Positions 25,879-34,865 of a DNA stretch of 64,000 nucleotides are shown piece by piece. The notes below the pieces were generated by a model. The model was not told the origin of the DNA and made no database searches. It saw nothing but the letters and a program-made list of their open reading frames with translations. This stretch comes from an uncultured Bacteroidales bacterium. GTDB taxonomy: Bacteria > Bacteroidota > Bacteroidia > Bacteroidales > FEN-979. Positions within the stretch are counted from its first letter, which is position 1, and the number at the start of each line of letters is the position of its first letter. The position numbers and the translations under genes were made by a program. Where the stretch lies: assembly GCA_903875045.1 (NCBI GenBank), contig CAIQUS010000175.1, forward strand, positions 10,409 to 74,408, read 5' to 3'.

Positions 25879-25954
25879 CACCTCAACCCCCAACCCCTTC
25901 TCCTCAAGGAGAAGGGAAAATTCCCTCTCCTTGAAGAGAGGGTTGAGTGAGGTG
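25879..25954. repeat. GC-rich nested-hairpin element (family F1), complete copy
   Basis: Outer arms cacctcaaccc ... gggttgagtgaggtg enclose two hairpins: cccttctcc-tcaa-ggagaaggg (25895-25916) and ccctctc-cttgaa-gagaggg (25923-25942). Confidence 0.75.
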
Positions 25955-25982
25955 AATGGAAATTAGAATTTAACATATATTT

Positions 25983-26450
25983 ATGGAAAACCAACCGGCA
26001 GAAATTTTCTGTTTCACCATCGAAAATCAACAGTTTGCGATTCCTTTGACCTGTGTCGACCAGGTTCTTATGGCCGTTGCTGTATCTCCCGTGCCGAATT
26101 CTTCCGAACTTTTACATGGGCTCATCGATTACCATGGAACCCTGGTAGCTGTTATTAACCTTAGGTTCAGACTAAAATTGCCTTTAAAGCCCATCCGCAT
26201 CAGCAACAGATTTATCATTGCCAATACCTCCAAACGGAAAATTGCCCTCGTGGCCGATGAAGTATATGGTGTTATTGTACCTGAGATTAAGGACCTGATT
26301 TCGGCTGATGACCTGGACACTGATTTGGAAGCCACCGGAATTCTCCGTCGTGATGACGGAATCATCCTCATCTATGATATTGAAGGCTTTCTTTCCAATC
26401 AGGATGAAATTTTAATATATGATACAATTGATAATACAATAAATGAATAA
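25983..26450 (+). CDS. cheW: CheW-like coupling protein
   Basis: 155-aa single CheW domain (FAIPLTCVDQVL...LHGLIDYHGTLVAVINLR...IALVADEV). Confidence 0.85.
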   Translation: MENQPAEIFCFTIENQQFAIPLTCVDQVLMAVAVSPVPNSSELLHGLIDYHGTLVAVINLRFRLKLPLKPIRISNRFIIANTSKRKIALVADEVYGVIVPEIKDLISADDLDTDLEATGILRRDDGIILIYDIEGFLSNQDEILIYDTIDNTINE

Positions 26451-26453
26451 GTT

Positions 26454-27932
26454 ATGATCCCGGAGCATCATCTGCAGGAATTAAGGACAATGGTTGCAAT
26501 GCAGCTGGGCTGGGATTTCCCAGCCAACCGCAGCAATGACCTTGAGCGTGGAATTCTTGCTACAGCAAAAGAACTTGGGATCACCGAAACACCAAAGGCC
26601 ATTCACAGCTGGTTGGCTGGTATGTCATGGAATAAAAAGGAACTTGATATTCTCTCCTCCCACCTCACGGTTGGCGAAACCTATTTTTTTCGTGAAAAAG
26701 CTGGTTTGGACGTTTTCAAACAAAGGATCATCCCTGAAATCATCAGAGAGCGCATAGGAAGTGACCAGTACTTCCGCCTCTGGTGTGCAGGATGCTGTAC
26801 AGGCGAAGAACCGTACACCCTGGCCATAATCCTCCATGAATTGATCCCGGATATCCGGAACTGGAAAATTTCAATCCTTGCGACCGACATCAACCGTACA
26901 TTCCTGAAAAAAGCCCAAACCGGAATTTACAGCCAATGGTCATTTCGCGAAACACCCCAGGCAGCAAAAAACAGGTATTTTTCTACAGTTGGCAAAGATT
27001 GGGAAATTATCCCGGAAATCAAAAAGATGGTGAGTTTCTCCTATCTCAACCTCGCTGAAGATCAGTATCCGTCAACGCTGACGAATACTCATAACCTGGA
27101 TGTGATTTTCTGCCGGAATGTATTGATGTATTTCATCCCGCAACAGATCAGGACGACTGCCCAACGCTTCTATCAATCTCTCTCTGACAACGGATGGCTC
27201 ATCACCAGTGCTGTTGAAATGCATGACGACTATTTTTCTGATTTTTCCGGCGTGAGGTGCGAACAAGGCACTTTTTACAGAAAGGTGTCAAAAACTACCG
27301 GAATCCCTAATGCCGCAGATTTGGATCCCCGGATCAGATTCATTCCGCAACGGAGTAAGCCCGTGACCAACAGAAAAGGCAAAGTGGCTCCTTCACCCGG
27401 ATATAAACCTATTGCAGTGAAGTCACTGGAAAAAACCGGAGATCAATTACTTCCCGACTTAAAAACAGTTCAGGATCATTTTGATAAGGGAAGGTATCAG
27501 CTTTGTATTGAACAATCGATCCATTTACTCGCGGTAAAACCGTTGGCCACCAAAGCGTTAACCTTGTTGGTTCAATCTTTTGCGAACATGGGAAACCTCA
27601 CAGAAGCACGAATGTGGGGCGAAAAACTGCTTTTACAGAATGACATAACGGCTGATGCCTATTATCTGGTGGCTACCATATTGATGGAGGAAAATGAACC
27701 TCTGAAGGCCGAATCCACCTTGAAACGGGCGCTGTACCTTGATCCTCAACATCTTTTATCACACTTTCTGATGGGAAACATTGTTCGTCAACTTGGTAAA
27801 AATGTTGTTGCTGCCAAACATTTCAGGAACGTAAAAGACCTCCTGGCACCATTTCAGGATAACGAAGTGGTACCCGGGTCTGAAGGGTTAACCGCCGGAA
27901 GAATGAAATCAATTATAGAAACGATATTGTGA
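26454..27932 (+). CDS. cheR: chemotaxis protein methyltransferase CheR with C-terminal TPR extension
   Basis: ETYFFRE motif. SAM-binding FRLWCAGCCTGEEPYTLAI and ILATDIN. The C-terminal ~130 aa are TPR-like (AYYLVATILMEENEPLKAESTLKRALYLDP), as in WspC/FrzF-type CheR. Confidence 0.9.
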   Translation: MIPEHHLQELRTMVAMQLGWDFPANRSNDLERGILATAKELGITETPKAIHSWLAGMSWNKKELDILSSHLTVGETYFFREKAGLDVFKQRIIPEIIRERIGSDQYFRLWCAGCCTGEEPYTLAIILHELIPDIRNWKISILATDINRTFLKKAQTGIYSQWSFRETPQAAKNRYFSTVGKDWEIIPEIKKMVSFSYLNLAEDQYPSTLTNTHNLDVIFCRNVLMYFIPQQIRTTAQRFYQSLSDNGWLITSAVEMHDDYFSDFSGVRCEQGTFYRKVSKTTGIPNAADLDPRIRFIPQRSKPVTNRKGKVAPSPGYKPIAVKSLEKTGDQLLPDLKTVQDHFDKGRYQLCIEQSIHLLAVKPLATKALTLLVQSFANMGNLTEARMWGEKLLLQNDITADAYYLVATILMEENEPLKAESTLKRALYLDPQHLLSHFLMGNIVRQLGKNVVAAKHFRNVKDLLAPFQDNEVVPGSEGLTAGRMKSIIETIL

Positions 27933-27964
27933 TGAATGTCGAAATTAATACGTAAACTTGACAG

Positions 27965-28477
27965 ATGAAAGATGAACAGTTGATTCTTCAGGAGCGTGCA
28001 AAAAAGATTGCAGGATGGAAAACTGAATTGACATCAAAAGGCGAATCGCTTGTGGTGGTTGAATTTCAGCTTATTCCTGAAAGATATTGCATTGCCGGTT
28101 CCTTTGTTACAGAGGTTTTACCTCTCAAAGCAATCACGCCGATTCCCGGTGTTCCTGCCTTTGTTCTTGGTGTGATGAATGTACGGGGAAAAATCATCTC
28201 CATCATCAACCTTAAAACCTTCTTCAACCTGAAAGAGACAGGTATTACTCAACTGAATAAGATTATCATCGTCAAACAAAACCAAATGGAATTTGCAATA
28301 GTGACCGATGCAATAACAGGGACACGCGAAATTTTACTGAGCAGCCTGAGCGCTCCCCCGGTCACACTCAGTGGCATTGGTGCTGATTATATAAAAGGTG
28401 TCACACCCGATGGGCTTATTCTGCTCGACATTGCGACGGTTTTATCAAGTAAATCAATCATTGTAAATCAAAAATAA
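27965..28477 (+). CDS. cheW: CheW-like coupling protein (second copy)
   Basis: 170-aa CheW domain (YCIAGSFVTEVLPLKAITPIPGVPAFVLGVMNVRGKIISIINL). Confidence 0.85.
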   Translation: MKDEQLILQERAKKIAGWKTELTSKGESLVVVEFQLIPERYCIAGSFVTEVLPLKAITPIPGVPAFVLGVMNVRGKIISIINLKTFFNLKETGITQLNKIIIVKQNQMEFAIVTDAITGTREILLSSLSAPPVTLSGIGADYIKGVTPDGLILLDIATVLSSKSIIVNQK

Positions 28478-28549
28478 ATAAATACTTCCCCCGGAAGTGG
28501 GAGTGAAAAGGTCAGGTTTATTAATCAATTAATCAACAGGAGAAAAATT

Positions 28550-30043
28550 ATGAAATCAAAATCTATTCTCAGTACCCGTTCAAAACTTTTTTTGGGTTTC
28601 GGACTCATATTATTGGGTGTAATTGCCCTGGTAATCGTAGCCTATATTAATATGGTGAAACTGAACAAAATTGAAGATGAAATCATACAATCGTTTGAGG
28701 TTACCGAGATATTGATACAAATCAGGTCGGATGAGAACAGGATGAGAACCCTGATGCTGGAGATGATTCTCAATAAGGATGAGATAAAGAATAAAAAACT
28801 GGAAAAATCGATTCTCGAAAAGGTCGACTCAGTTTCAAAATTTTTATCCCAAATCAAAGAGAAAATTAAATTTTTCCCGGAAAATGTTGAAAAATTTGAT
28901 ACCCTTGAGAAACAAATGATATACTATTGTGAAATCCGCATGCAACTCATTGACTTAATCAAAGCTGATAAATTAGACGACGCAAAAGCCTTTATTGACG
29001 AAAAGGTAGATCCACAATGGGATGTGGCTAGGAATTACACATACACATTGCAAAAATCGCAGCAAAAGCACAGGGACATGAATGATGCAGAATTGAAAGA
29101 TGCATCAAGAATTGAAACTATTACCCTGATTACGATGGGAATTGGTTTGGTAGCACTGTCACTGATCATTTTAGCCTGGATGTTCAGAATGCTTAGAAAG
29201 ATTTTCGCCGAGATCAACAACAGCGTGAATATCCTTGGAACATCTGCCACAGAAATCCTTACTACAGTTACGGAAGTATCCACCGGCGCCACTGAAACGG
29301 CAACCTCTGTTGCTGAAACGGCCACCACCGTGGAGGAAATCCGCCAAACAGCCATGCTGGCCACCCAGAAAGCGCAATCGGTGCTACTTAGCTCACAACG
29401 AGCTTCAGAAGCAGCTGAAAATGGAAAGGAATCTGTTCTTCAAACCATTGAAGGCATGAAACGTATTGACCAGCAAATGAACCTGATCGCAGAAACCATT
29501 GTGAAACTATCAGAACAAAACCGATCCATTGGCGAAATTACATCAACAGTAAACGACATTGCTGATCAGTCTAACCTGCTGGCAGTCAATGCCGCCATTG
29601 AGGCAGCCAAAGCCGGTGAACAGGGACGCGGCTTTGCCGTTGTCGCCCAGGAAATCAGAAGCCTGTCGGAACAGTCAAAACAGGCTACTACTCAGGTGAA
29701 GGAGATTTTGAACGATGTTCAAAAAGCTGTAAATCAAGCCGTAATGGCTACTGAACAAGGATCAAAAGCAGTCGAAAATGGCAGCAATCTTGCCACACAG
29801 AGTGGTGAGATGATCGAAACCCTTGCTGATAGCGTAAATGAAGCAGCCCAATCTGTTATTCAGATTTCAACCTCCATCCAGCAACAGATGACAGGTATGG
29901 ACCAGATTGTACCTGCTTTGGGAAATATTAAACAAGCCAGCGAGCAAAATGTAGTTGGTATCAGGCAAACACAAACAGCAGCCCACAACCTGAATGATCT
30001 TGGGCAGAATCTGAAAAAAATTGTTGAAAAGTTCACTATCTGA
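28550..30043 (+). CDS. methyl-accepting chemotaxis protein (two TM segments, helical periplasmic domain)
   Basis: TM1 LFLGFGLILLGVIALVIVAYI and TM2 ITLITMGIGLVALSLIILAWMF. The conserved hairpin tip reads ADQSNLLAVNAAIEAAKAGEQGRGFAVVAQEIRSLSEQS. I see no obvious HAMP between TM2 and the signalling domain. Confidence 0.9.
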   Translation: MKSKSILSTRSKLFLGFGLILLGVIALVIVAYINMVKLNKIEDEIIQSFEVTEILIQIRSDENRMRTLMLEMILNKDEIKNKKLEKSILEKVDSVSKFLSQIKEKIKFFPENVEKFDTLEKQMIYYCEIRMQLIDLIKADKLDDAKAFIDEKVDPQWDVARNYTYTLQKSQQKHRDMNDAELKDASRIETITLITMGIGLVALSLIILAWMFRMLRKIFAEINNSVNILGTSATEILTTVTEVSTGATETATSVAETATTVEEIRQTAMLATQKAQSVLLSSQRASEAAENGKESVLQTIEGMKRIDQQMNLIAETIVKLSEQNRSIGEITSTVNDIADQSNLLAVNAAIEAAKAGEQGRGFAVVAQEIRSLSEQSKQATTQVKEILNDVQKAVNQAVMATEQGSKAVENGSNLATQSGEMIETLADSVNEAAQSVIQISTSIQQQMTGMDQIVPALGNIKQASEQNVVGIRQTQTAAHNLNDLGQNLKKIVEKFTI

Positions 30044-30050
30044 ACCTGCC

Positions 30051-32276
30051 ATGGATAAAAAGCAAGAAGCGTTTCTACTCGAGTTGATTTCTGACTTCAA
30101 AATCGAAGCAGCTGAGCATCATAAGGCTATTGTAAATGGTTTGCTGAAACTTGAAAAGAATCCCCCTGTTCCTGATTCAAAGTCATTGATCGAAACTGTT
30201 TTCCGTGAAATTCACAGCCTTAAAGGAGCTGCAAGGGCTGTAAACCTCATGGACATAGAACGACTTTGTCAATCCATTGAAAGTGTTTTTCACCTTGCCA
30301 AACAAGGAACACTTATGTTATCTGCTCCGCTGTTCGATATTTTGTATAAGGCTGTTGACATCCTCGGAGTGATGCTTTTGGAAGTTGAAGTCAAGGATAA
30401 AAGGATCGGGGCAAATACTTTATCCCAGTTGATGAAACGAATAGAACTTCAAATTAGTCAAAGCACACACGATAAGATAGATGCTCCGGCACCATTACAA
30501 GATGAGCAAATTAAGAAGGAAGAAGTCGTCGTAAAACCTGCCATCCCACCAGTTGAGATGCCTCAGGCTGAAAAGATTGAAGAAGAGCAGCCGGAACCGG
30601 TATCTGCTTTGGATTCATTGCCATTACAGCCTGCCGGTGTTGAAAAGCCTGCATCAAGTGACACTGTAAGAATTGCAACATCAAAACTTGGCGTGCTTTT
30701 ACGTGAAGCTGAAGAGTTTATTTCGGTCAAAGCCACACTGGGATTCTATATCAAGGAGTTGAAAAAAAAGCAGTTTAAAGAACTTAACCTGCTTGTGAAC
30801 GAGATGGAGCAGTTCCACCGGTCCATGTCACGCATGGTGGATGACCTTTTATTGGACATTAAAACGACGTTGCTTTACCCCTTTTCATCGCTCCTTGAAA
30901 TCGTTCCAAAAATTGTAAGGGATCTCGGAAAATCATATAACAAGGAGATCAAATTAACGATTCACGGAGGGGAAATTGAAATTGACAGGCGAATCCTTGA
31001 AGAGATCAAGGATCCGCTGATCCACCTGATCCGAAACTGCATCGACCATGGCATCGAACCTGTTGAAATAAGGAAACAGGCCGGGAAAATCTCAACCGGG
31101 AGCCTTGAAATTTCGGTCATACAAATAACGGGACGGGATGTGGAATTACATATTCACGATGATGGCGCCGGAATCGACAAAGCACGGGTCATCAAATCGG
31201 CCCTTAAAATGGGCATTGTTACCAACGATGCAATTAGCCGCATGACTGACAAAGAGATATATAATTTGATTTTCAGGTCGGGAGTTTCAACAAGTCCTTT
31301 CATTACCGATATTTCAGGCAGGGGACTGGGAATGGCTATTGTTGCTGAAAAGGTATCCAACTTAGGCGGAAACATTGCCATGGATTCCATTCCCGGACAA
31401 GGGACCACTTTTGTGATCAGCCTGCCCGTTACACTATCCACTTTCAGGGGTATTTTAATCCGGATCAACGAACAATTGTTCATCATACCCACTACTTCCG
31501 TTGAAAGGGCCATTCGGGTATTCAAAAAGGATATTAAATCTGTTGAGTCAAAACAAATCATTACACAAAATAACGAAAGCTTTGCATTGGTAAGGGTCGG
31601 CGATGTACTGGGTCTCCCTCACAGGAAATCAAAAAATGACGTTGGACTGCCAATGCCGGTATTAATTCTTACCCTGGCCCGGAAAAAAATCGCCTTTATG
31701 GTTGACGAAGTTTTGGGAGAGCAGGAAGGCATGGTAAAACATCTCGGGCCTCAATTGGTCCATGTCCGCAATATTGCGGGTGCCACCGTTCTTGGCAATG
31801 GCCGGGTAATTCCAATTCTCAATGTTGAAGAGATGATGGAATCGGCCACACATGTCATGGAAACCGCTCCGGATACTGAAACATCAGGCAGTACAGAAAA
31901 TTCGGAAGGAGGACCAAAACATATTCTTGTAGCCGAAGACTCGATCACTTTGCGTTCATTGCTTAGAAATATCATTGAATCATCAGGTTATAGCGTAAAA
32001 ACAGCTGTGGACGGAATGGAGGCTCTGCAGTTTTTAAAAAATGAGACGTTCGACCTGGTTGTTTCAGATGTTGAAATGCCAAGACTGAATGGTTTTGATT
32101 TAACAGCCAAAATAAGGGGTGACAAACGACTTTCCGATATCCCGGTCATACTGGTCACGGCACTTGATTCGGCCGATGACAGACAGAAAGGAATGGAATC
32201 GGGCGCCAATGCCTATATTATCAAAGGAAGTTTTGAGCAAAGCAATCTGACTGAAATGATTAAAAGGTTGATATGA
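30051..32276 (+). CDS. cheA: CheA-CheY hybrid kinase (HPt - linker - dimerisation - HATPase - CheW-like - REC)
   Basis: HPt HSLKGAARAV. A Pro/Glu-rich linker. HATPase (HLIRNCIDHGIE, DDGAGID, GRGLGMAIV). P5 CheW-like domain. C-terminal REC (LVAEDSITL...VSDVEMPRLNG...IIKG). Start at MDKKQEAF, 7 nt after the mcp stop. Confidence 0.9.
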   Translation: MDKKQEAFLLELISDFKIEAAEHHKAIVNGLLKLEKNPPVPDSKSLIETVFREIHSLKGAARAVNLMDIERLCQSIESVFHLAKQGTLMLSAPLFDILYKAVDILGVMLLEVEVKDKRIGANTLSQLMKRIELQISQSTHDKIDAPAPLQDEQIKKEEVVVKPAIPPVEMPQAEKIEEEQPEPVSALDSLPLQPAGVEKPASSDTVRIATSKLGVLLREAEEFISVKATLGFYIKELKKKQFKELNLLVNEMEQFHRSMSRMVDDLLLDIKTTLLYPFSSLLEIVPKIVRDLGKSYNKEIKLTIHGGEIEIDRRILEEIKDPLIHLIRNCIDHGIEPVEIRKQAGKISTGSLEISVIQITGRDVELHIHDDGAGIDKARVIKSALKMGIVTNDAISRMTDKEIYNLIFRSGVSTSPFITDISGRGLGMAIVAEKVSNLGGNIAMDSIPGQGTTFVISLPVTLSTFRGILIRINEQLFIIPTTSVERAIRVFKKDIKSVESKQIITQNNESFALVRVGDVLGLPHRKSKNDVGLPMPVLILTLARKKIAFMVDEVLGEQEGMVKHLGPQLVHVRNIAGATVLGNGRVIPILNVEEMMESATHVMETAPDTETSGSTENSEGGPKHILVAEDSITLRSLLRNIIESSGYSVKTAVDGMEALQFLKNETFDLVVSDVEMPRLNGFDLTAKIRGDKRLSDIPVILVTALDSADDRQKGMESGANAYIIKGSFEQSNLTEMIKRLI

Positions 32277-32306
32277 AAGACACTCCCCTGCGCTTTGAGG
32301 AGAAAG

Positions 32307-32444
32307 CACCTCACCCAACCCTCTCCTCAACGAGAGGGCTCCCCCCTTCTCCTTGAGGAGAAGGGGCCGGGGGTTGAGGTGCATTGTTCAGAAGGGGCCG
32401 GGGGTTGAGGTGCTTTTCTCAGCAGGGGCCGGGAGTTGAGGTGA
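32307..32444. repeat. composite GC-rich element (family F1) ending in 3 tandem 31-bp units
   Basis: cacctcacccaaccctctcctcaacgagaggg, then the hairpin ccccttctcc-ttga-ggagaagggg (32343-32366). Next come three copies of a(a)ggggccggg(g/a)gttgaggtg at 32361, 32392 and 32424 (31-bp period). The element fills most of the only large gap in the che cluster. Confidence 0.8.
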
Positions 32445-32480
32445 AGTGGTAAAACAGAAGTGTGACGAGGTAAGAATAAA

Positions 32481-33587
32481 ATGATGAACGAAAAAAAAAT
32501 ACGGGTTTTAATTGTGGAGGATACACTCGTTGGACAGGGTTTATTGAAAGGAATTTTAGCAGAAGATCCAAGGTTCGAGGTGATCGGACTTGCACAGAAT
32601 GGAAAACTGGCCGTTGATTTCGTTGCAAAATACCTTCCCGATGTGGTTAGTATGGATATTTATATGCCTGTAATGGATGGTGTTGAAGCTACACGGCTCA
32701 TCATGCGCATTGCACCCGTCCCGATAGTGATTGTAAGCAGTTTTTACAATACAAGTGAAATAAAAATGTCATTCAGCATTCTGGAAGCCGGCGCTTTAAC
32801 CATTCTTCCCAGGCCTTATGGCCCCGGTCATCCTGAATTTACCCGGACTGCCCGAAATTACAGGAATACGCTAAAAATGATGTCGGAAGTGAAGGTTTTC
32901 GCAAGGCGTACAAGTTCATTTCCTGATGCTTCAGACCATGACAGAAGCCGAAAAGTTTCTCAAACTAATCCTTCGGCTCCGCTAAACTCAGGTAGCCCAC
33001 GCAATGGTATGGTGAAACCGGGTGCCCTGGAAAAATACAAAATCATTGCCATTGGCGCATCTGCAGGAGGTCCTATTGCCACTCAATCGATTCTTCAAGG
33101 GCTTCAAAAAACCATTCCTGTTCCTATACTGATCGTTCAGCATATTGATTCAAATTTTGCTGAAGGGTATTGCGATTGGTTAAACGCATCTTCCAATCTA
33201 CCGGTTCACATTGCTTCCAATGGAATGCAAATGCTCCCCGGACATGTCTATCTGCCCCCAGGAGACCTCCACCTTGGATTGCTGCGTGAAGGGGTAATCG
33301 CTGTTTCAAACAATCCGCCAGAGAAAGGTTTACGCCCTGCTGTCAGCTTCCTTTTTAAATCTGTTAATATGGTGTATGGCAAACATTCCATCTGTATCCT
33401 TTTATCAGGAATGGGAGCCGATGGTGCCACAGAGTTGAAAACCTTACATGATGCAGGTGCACTTACCATTGCCCAGGATGCCCAAACTGCACTGGTACAT
33501 GGCATGCCTGGGGAAGCAATCCGGTTAGGGGGGGCATCCCGGATTCTTTCGCCCAATGAAATAGTTAGTGAAATTAGTAAAATTTAA
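32481..33587 (+). CDS. cheB: protein-glutamate methylesterase CheB (REC + methylesterase)
   Basis: REC (RVLIVEDT...SMDIYMPVMDG). Catalytic blocks IAIGASAGGP, LIVQHID and LSGMGADG. Confidence 0.9.
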   Translation: MMNEKKIRVLIVEDTLVGQGLLKGILAEDPRFEVIGLAQNGKLAVDFVAKYLPDVVSMDIYMPVMDGVEATRLIMRIAPVPIVIVSSFYNTSEIKMSFSILEAGALTILPRPYGPGHPEFTRTARNYRNTLKMMSEVKVFARRTSSFPDASDHDRSRKVSQTNPSAPLNSGSPRNGMVKPGALEKYKIIAIGASAGGPIATQSILQGLQKTIPVPILIVQHIDSNFAEGYCDWLNASSNLPVHIASNGMQMLPGHVYLPPGDLHLGLLREGVIAVSNNPPEKGLRPAVSFLFKSVNMVYGKHSICILLSGMGADGATELKTLHDAGALTIAQDAQTALVHGMPGEAIRLGGASRILSPNEIVSEISKI

Positions 33588-33598
33588 AAATAAAAAAA

Positions 33599-34858
33599 AT
33601 GAACATGCAAACATCATTTCAGATTTCATTGGGTAAAGGCTATATTCTGGCCGTTGAAGATTCCATGGTCCAGGCTAAAAAACTGAAGAATTTTTTAGAC
33701 ACCAACAACCTGAACAGTGTGATTTTTTCAAATGCAATCGATGCATTCACTGCAGCAATTGAGAATCCGCCCATACTTGTGATCAGTGATATTGTTATGC
33801 CTGAAATGGATGGATACGAATTCTGTTCAAAACTAAAATCGCATCCGGTATTAAGAGAAATACCTGTCATCCTGCTCACCTCCCTGCGTGATTCACTGGA
33901 TATCATCAAAGGATTGCAGGCCGGTGCTGATAATTTTATTACAAAGCCTTATGAGGAGCAATACTTGCTGTCAAGAATTCATTACCTTCTTGCTAACCGC
34001 GACATGAGGAGTAGCGGTTCAGCAGAAATGGTAATGGAAATCATGTTCAGGGGGGGGAAATATAAAATCAACTCCGATAAAAAACAGATATTGGACTTGC
34101 TCTTATCTGTTTATGAAGCCGCTGTTGAAAGAAATGATCAATTAATTTCAACCCAGGCCGAACTCCAGGCATCAAATGAAAACCTGACGGCTGCCAACCA
34201 GGAGCTGGATGCTTTTTCTGCCACCGTATCGCATGACTTGCGTTCTCCCTTGAATATTGTAGCCGGTTATACCCAGGTTATTCAGGAGAGTTATGCAGAT
34301 GTCCTCGATGCTGAAGCAAAGGATTTTCTGGACAGGATCCTTACCTCTGCTTTTTCAATGTCGAAACTCATTGACGATCTGCTTCAGTTTTCGCGATCGG
34401 GAAGAACGGAAATTCGCACCGAATTCGTCAACCTTAGCGAAATGGCAAGCGCAATTGTTGAAGAAATTGTTCCCCGGGATAAAGGCAATAAAGCTGTATT
34501 CAATATCCAAAGCGGGCTATTGTCAAAGGCTGACCCAAACCTGATTCATGTGGTACTCGTTAATTTGTTGGGAAATGCCTTGAAATATTCCGGTAAAGTT
34601 GAGAACCCTGTGATTACCTTCGACAAGACTGGTTCAGGCAGAGAGACTGTTTTCTATATCAAAGACAACGGGGCCGGCTTTAACATGGCCAAAGCGGATA
34701 AGCTTTTCAATCCTTTTCAGCGTCTCCATAGCAATCAGGAATTTGTTGGTACCGGCGTAGGCCTTGCTACAGTTCGGCGAATTATTGAACGACATGGAGG
34801 CAGGATATGGGCAGAATCGGAGCCTGGAAAAGGAGCTACTTTCTTTTTTACATTATAA
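33599..34858 (+). CDS. receiver-histidine kinase (REC - coiled coil - HisKA/HATPase)
   Basis: REC (LAVEDSMVQ...[11 protein letters not shown]...ITKP). H-box [31 protein letters not shown] and GTGVGLATV. It sits in the position occupied by WspR in Wsp clusters. Confidence 0.9.
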   Translation: MNMQTSFQISLGKGYILAVEDSMVQAKKLKNFLDTNNLNSVIFSNAIDAFTAAIENPPILVISDIVMPEMDGYEFCSKLKSHPVLREIPVILLTSLRDSLDIIKGLQAGADNFITKPYEEQYLLSRIHYLLANRDMRSSGSAEMVMEIMFRGGKYKINSDKKQILDLLLSVYEAAVERNDQLISTQAELQASNENLTAANQELDAFSATVSHDLRSPLNIVAGYTQVIQESYADVLDAEAKDFLDRILTSAFSMSKLIDDLLQFSRSGRTEIRTEFVNLSEMASAIVEEIVPRDKGNKAVFNIQSGLLSKADPNLIHVVLVNLLGNALKYSGKVENPVITFDKTGSGRETVFYIKDNGAGFNMAKADKLFNPFQRLHSNQEFVGTGVGLATVRRIIERHGGRIWAESEPGKGATFFFTL

Positions 34859-34865
34859 CCGAAGG

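Noticed and set aside
32361-32444. Three direct repeats with a 31-bp period, considered as a mini CRISPR array
   Set aside because: The spacers between the ~21-bp repeats are only ~10 nt and there are just three units. No cas genes are present, and the repeats are part of the larger F1 hairpin element.
32100-32628. Minus-strand ORFs 32100..32384 and 32419..32628 spanning the cheA-cheB spacer
   Set aside because: They are translations of the GC-rich repeat (…LSLRRGLGEV…) and of antisense cheA/cheB sequence. Open frames of this kind are typical of repeat DNA and are spurious.
25983-33587. Reading the che genes as evidence for flagellar chemotaxis
   Set aside because: No flagellar, motor or stand-alone cheY/cheZ genes are present. 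The Wsp-like content (CheA-CheY hybrid, CheR-TPR, single MCP) and the T9SS context point to an alternative-function pathway.
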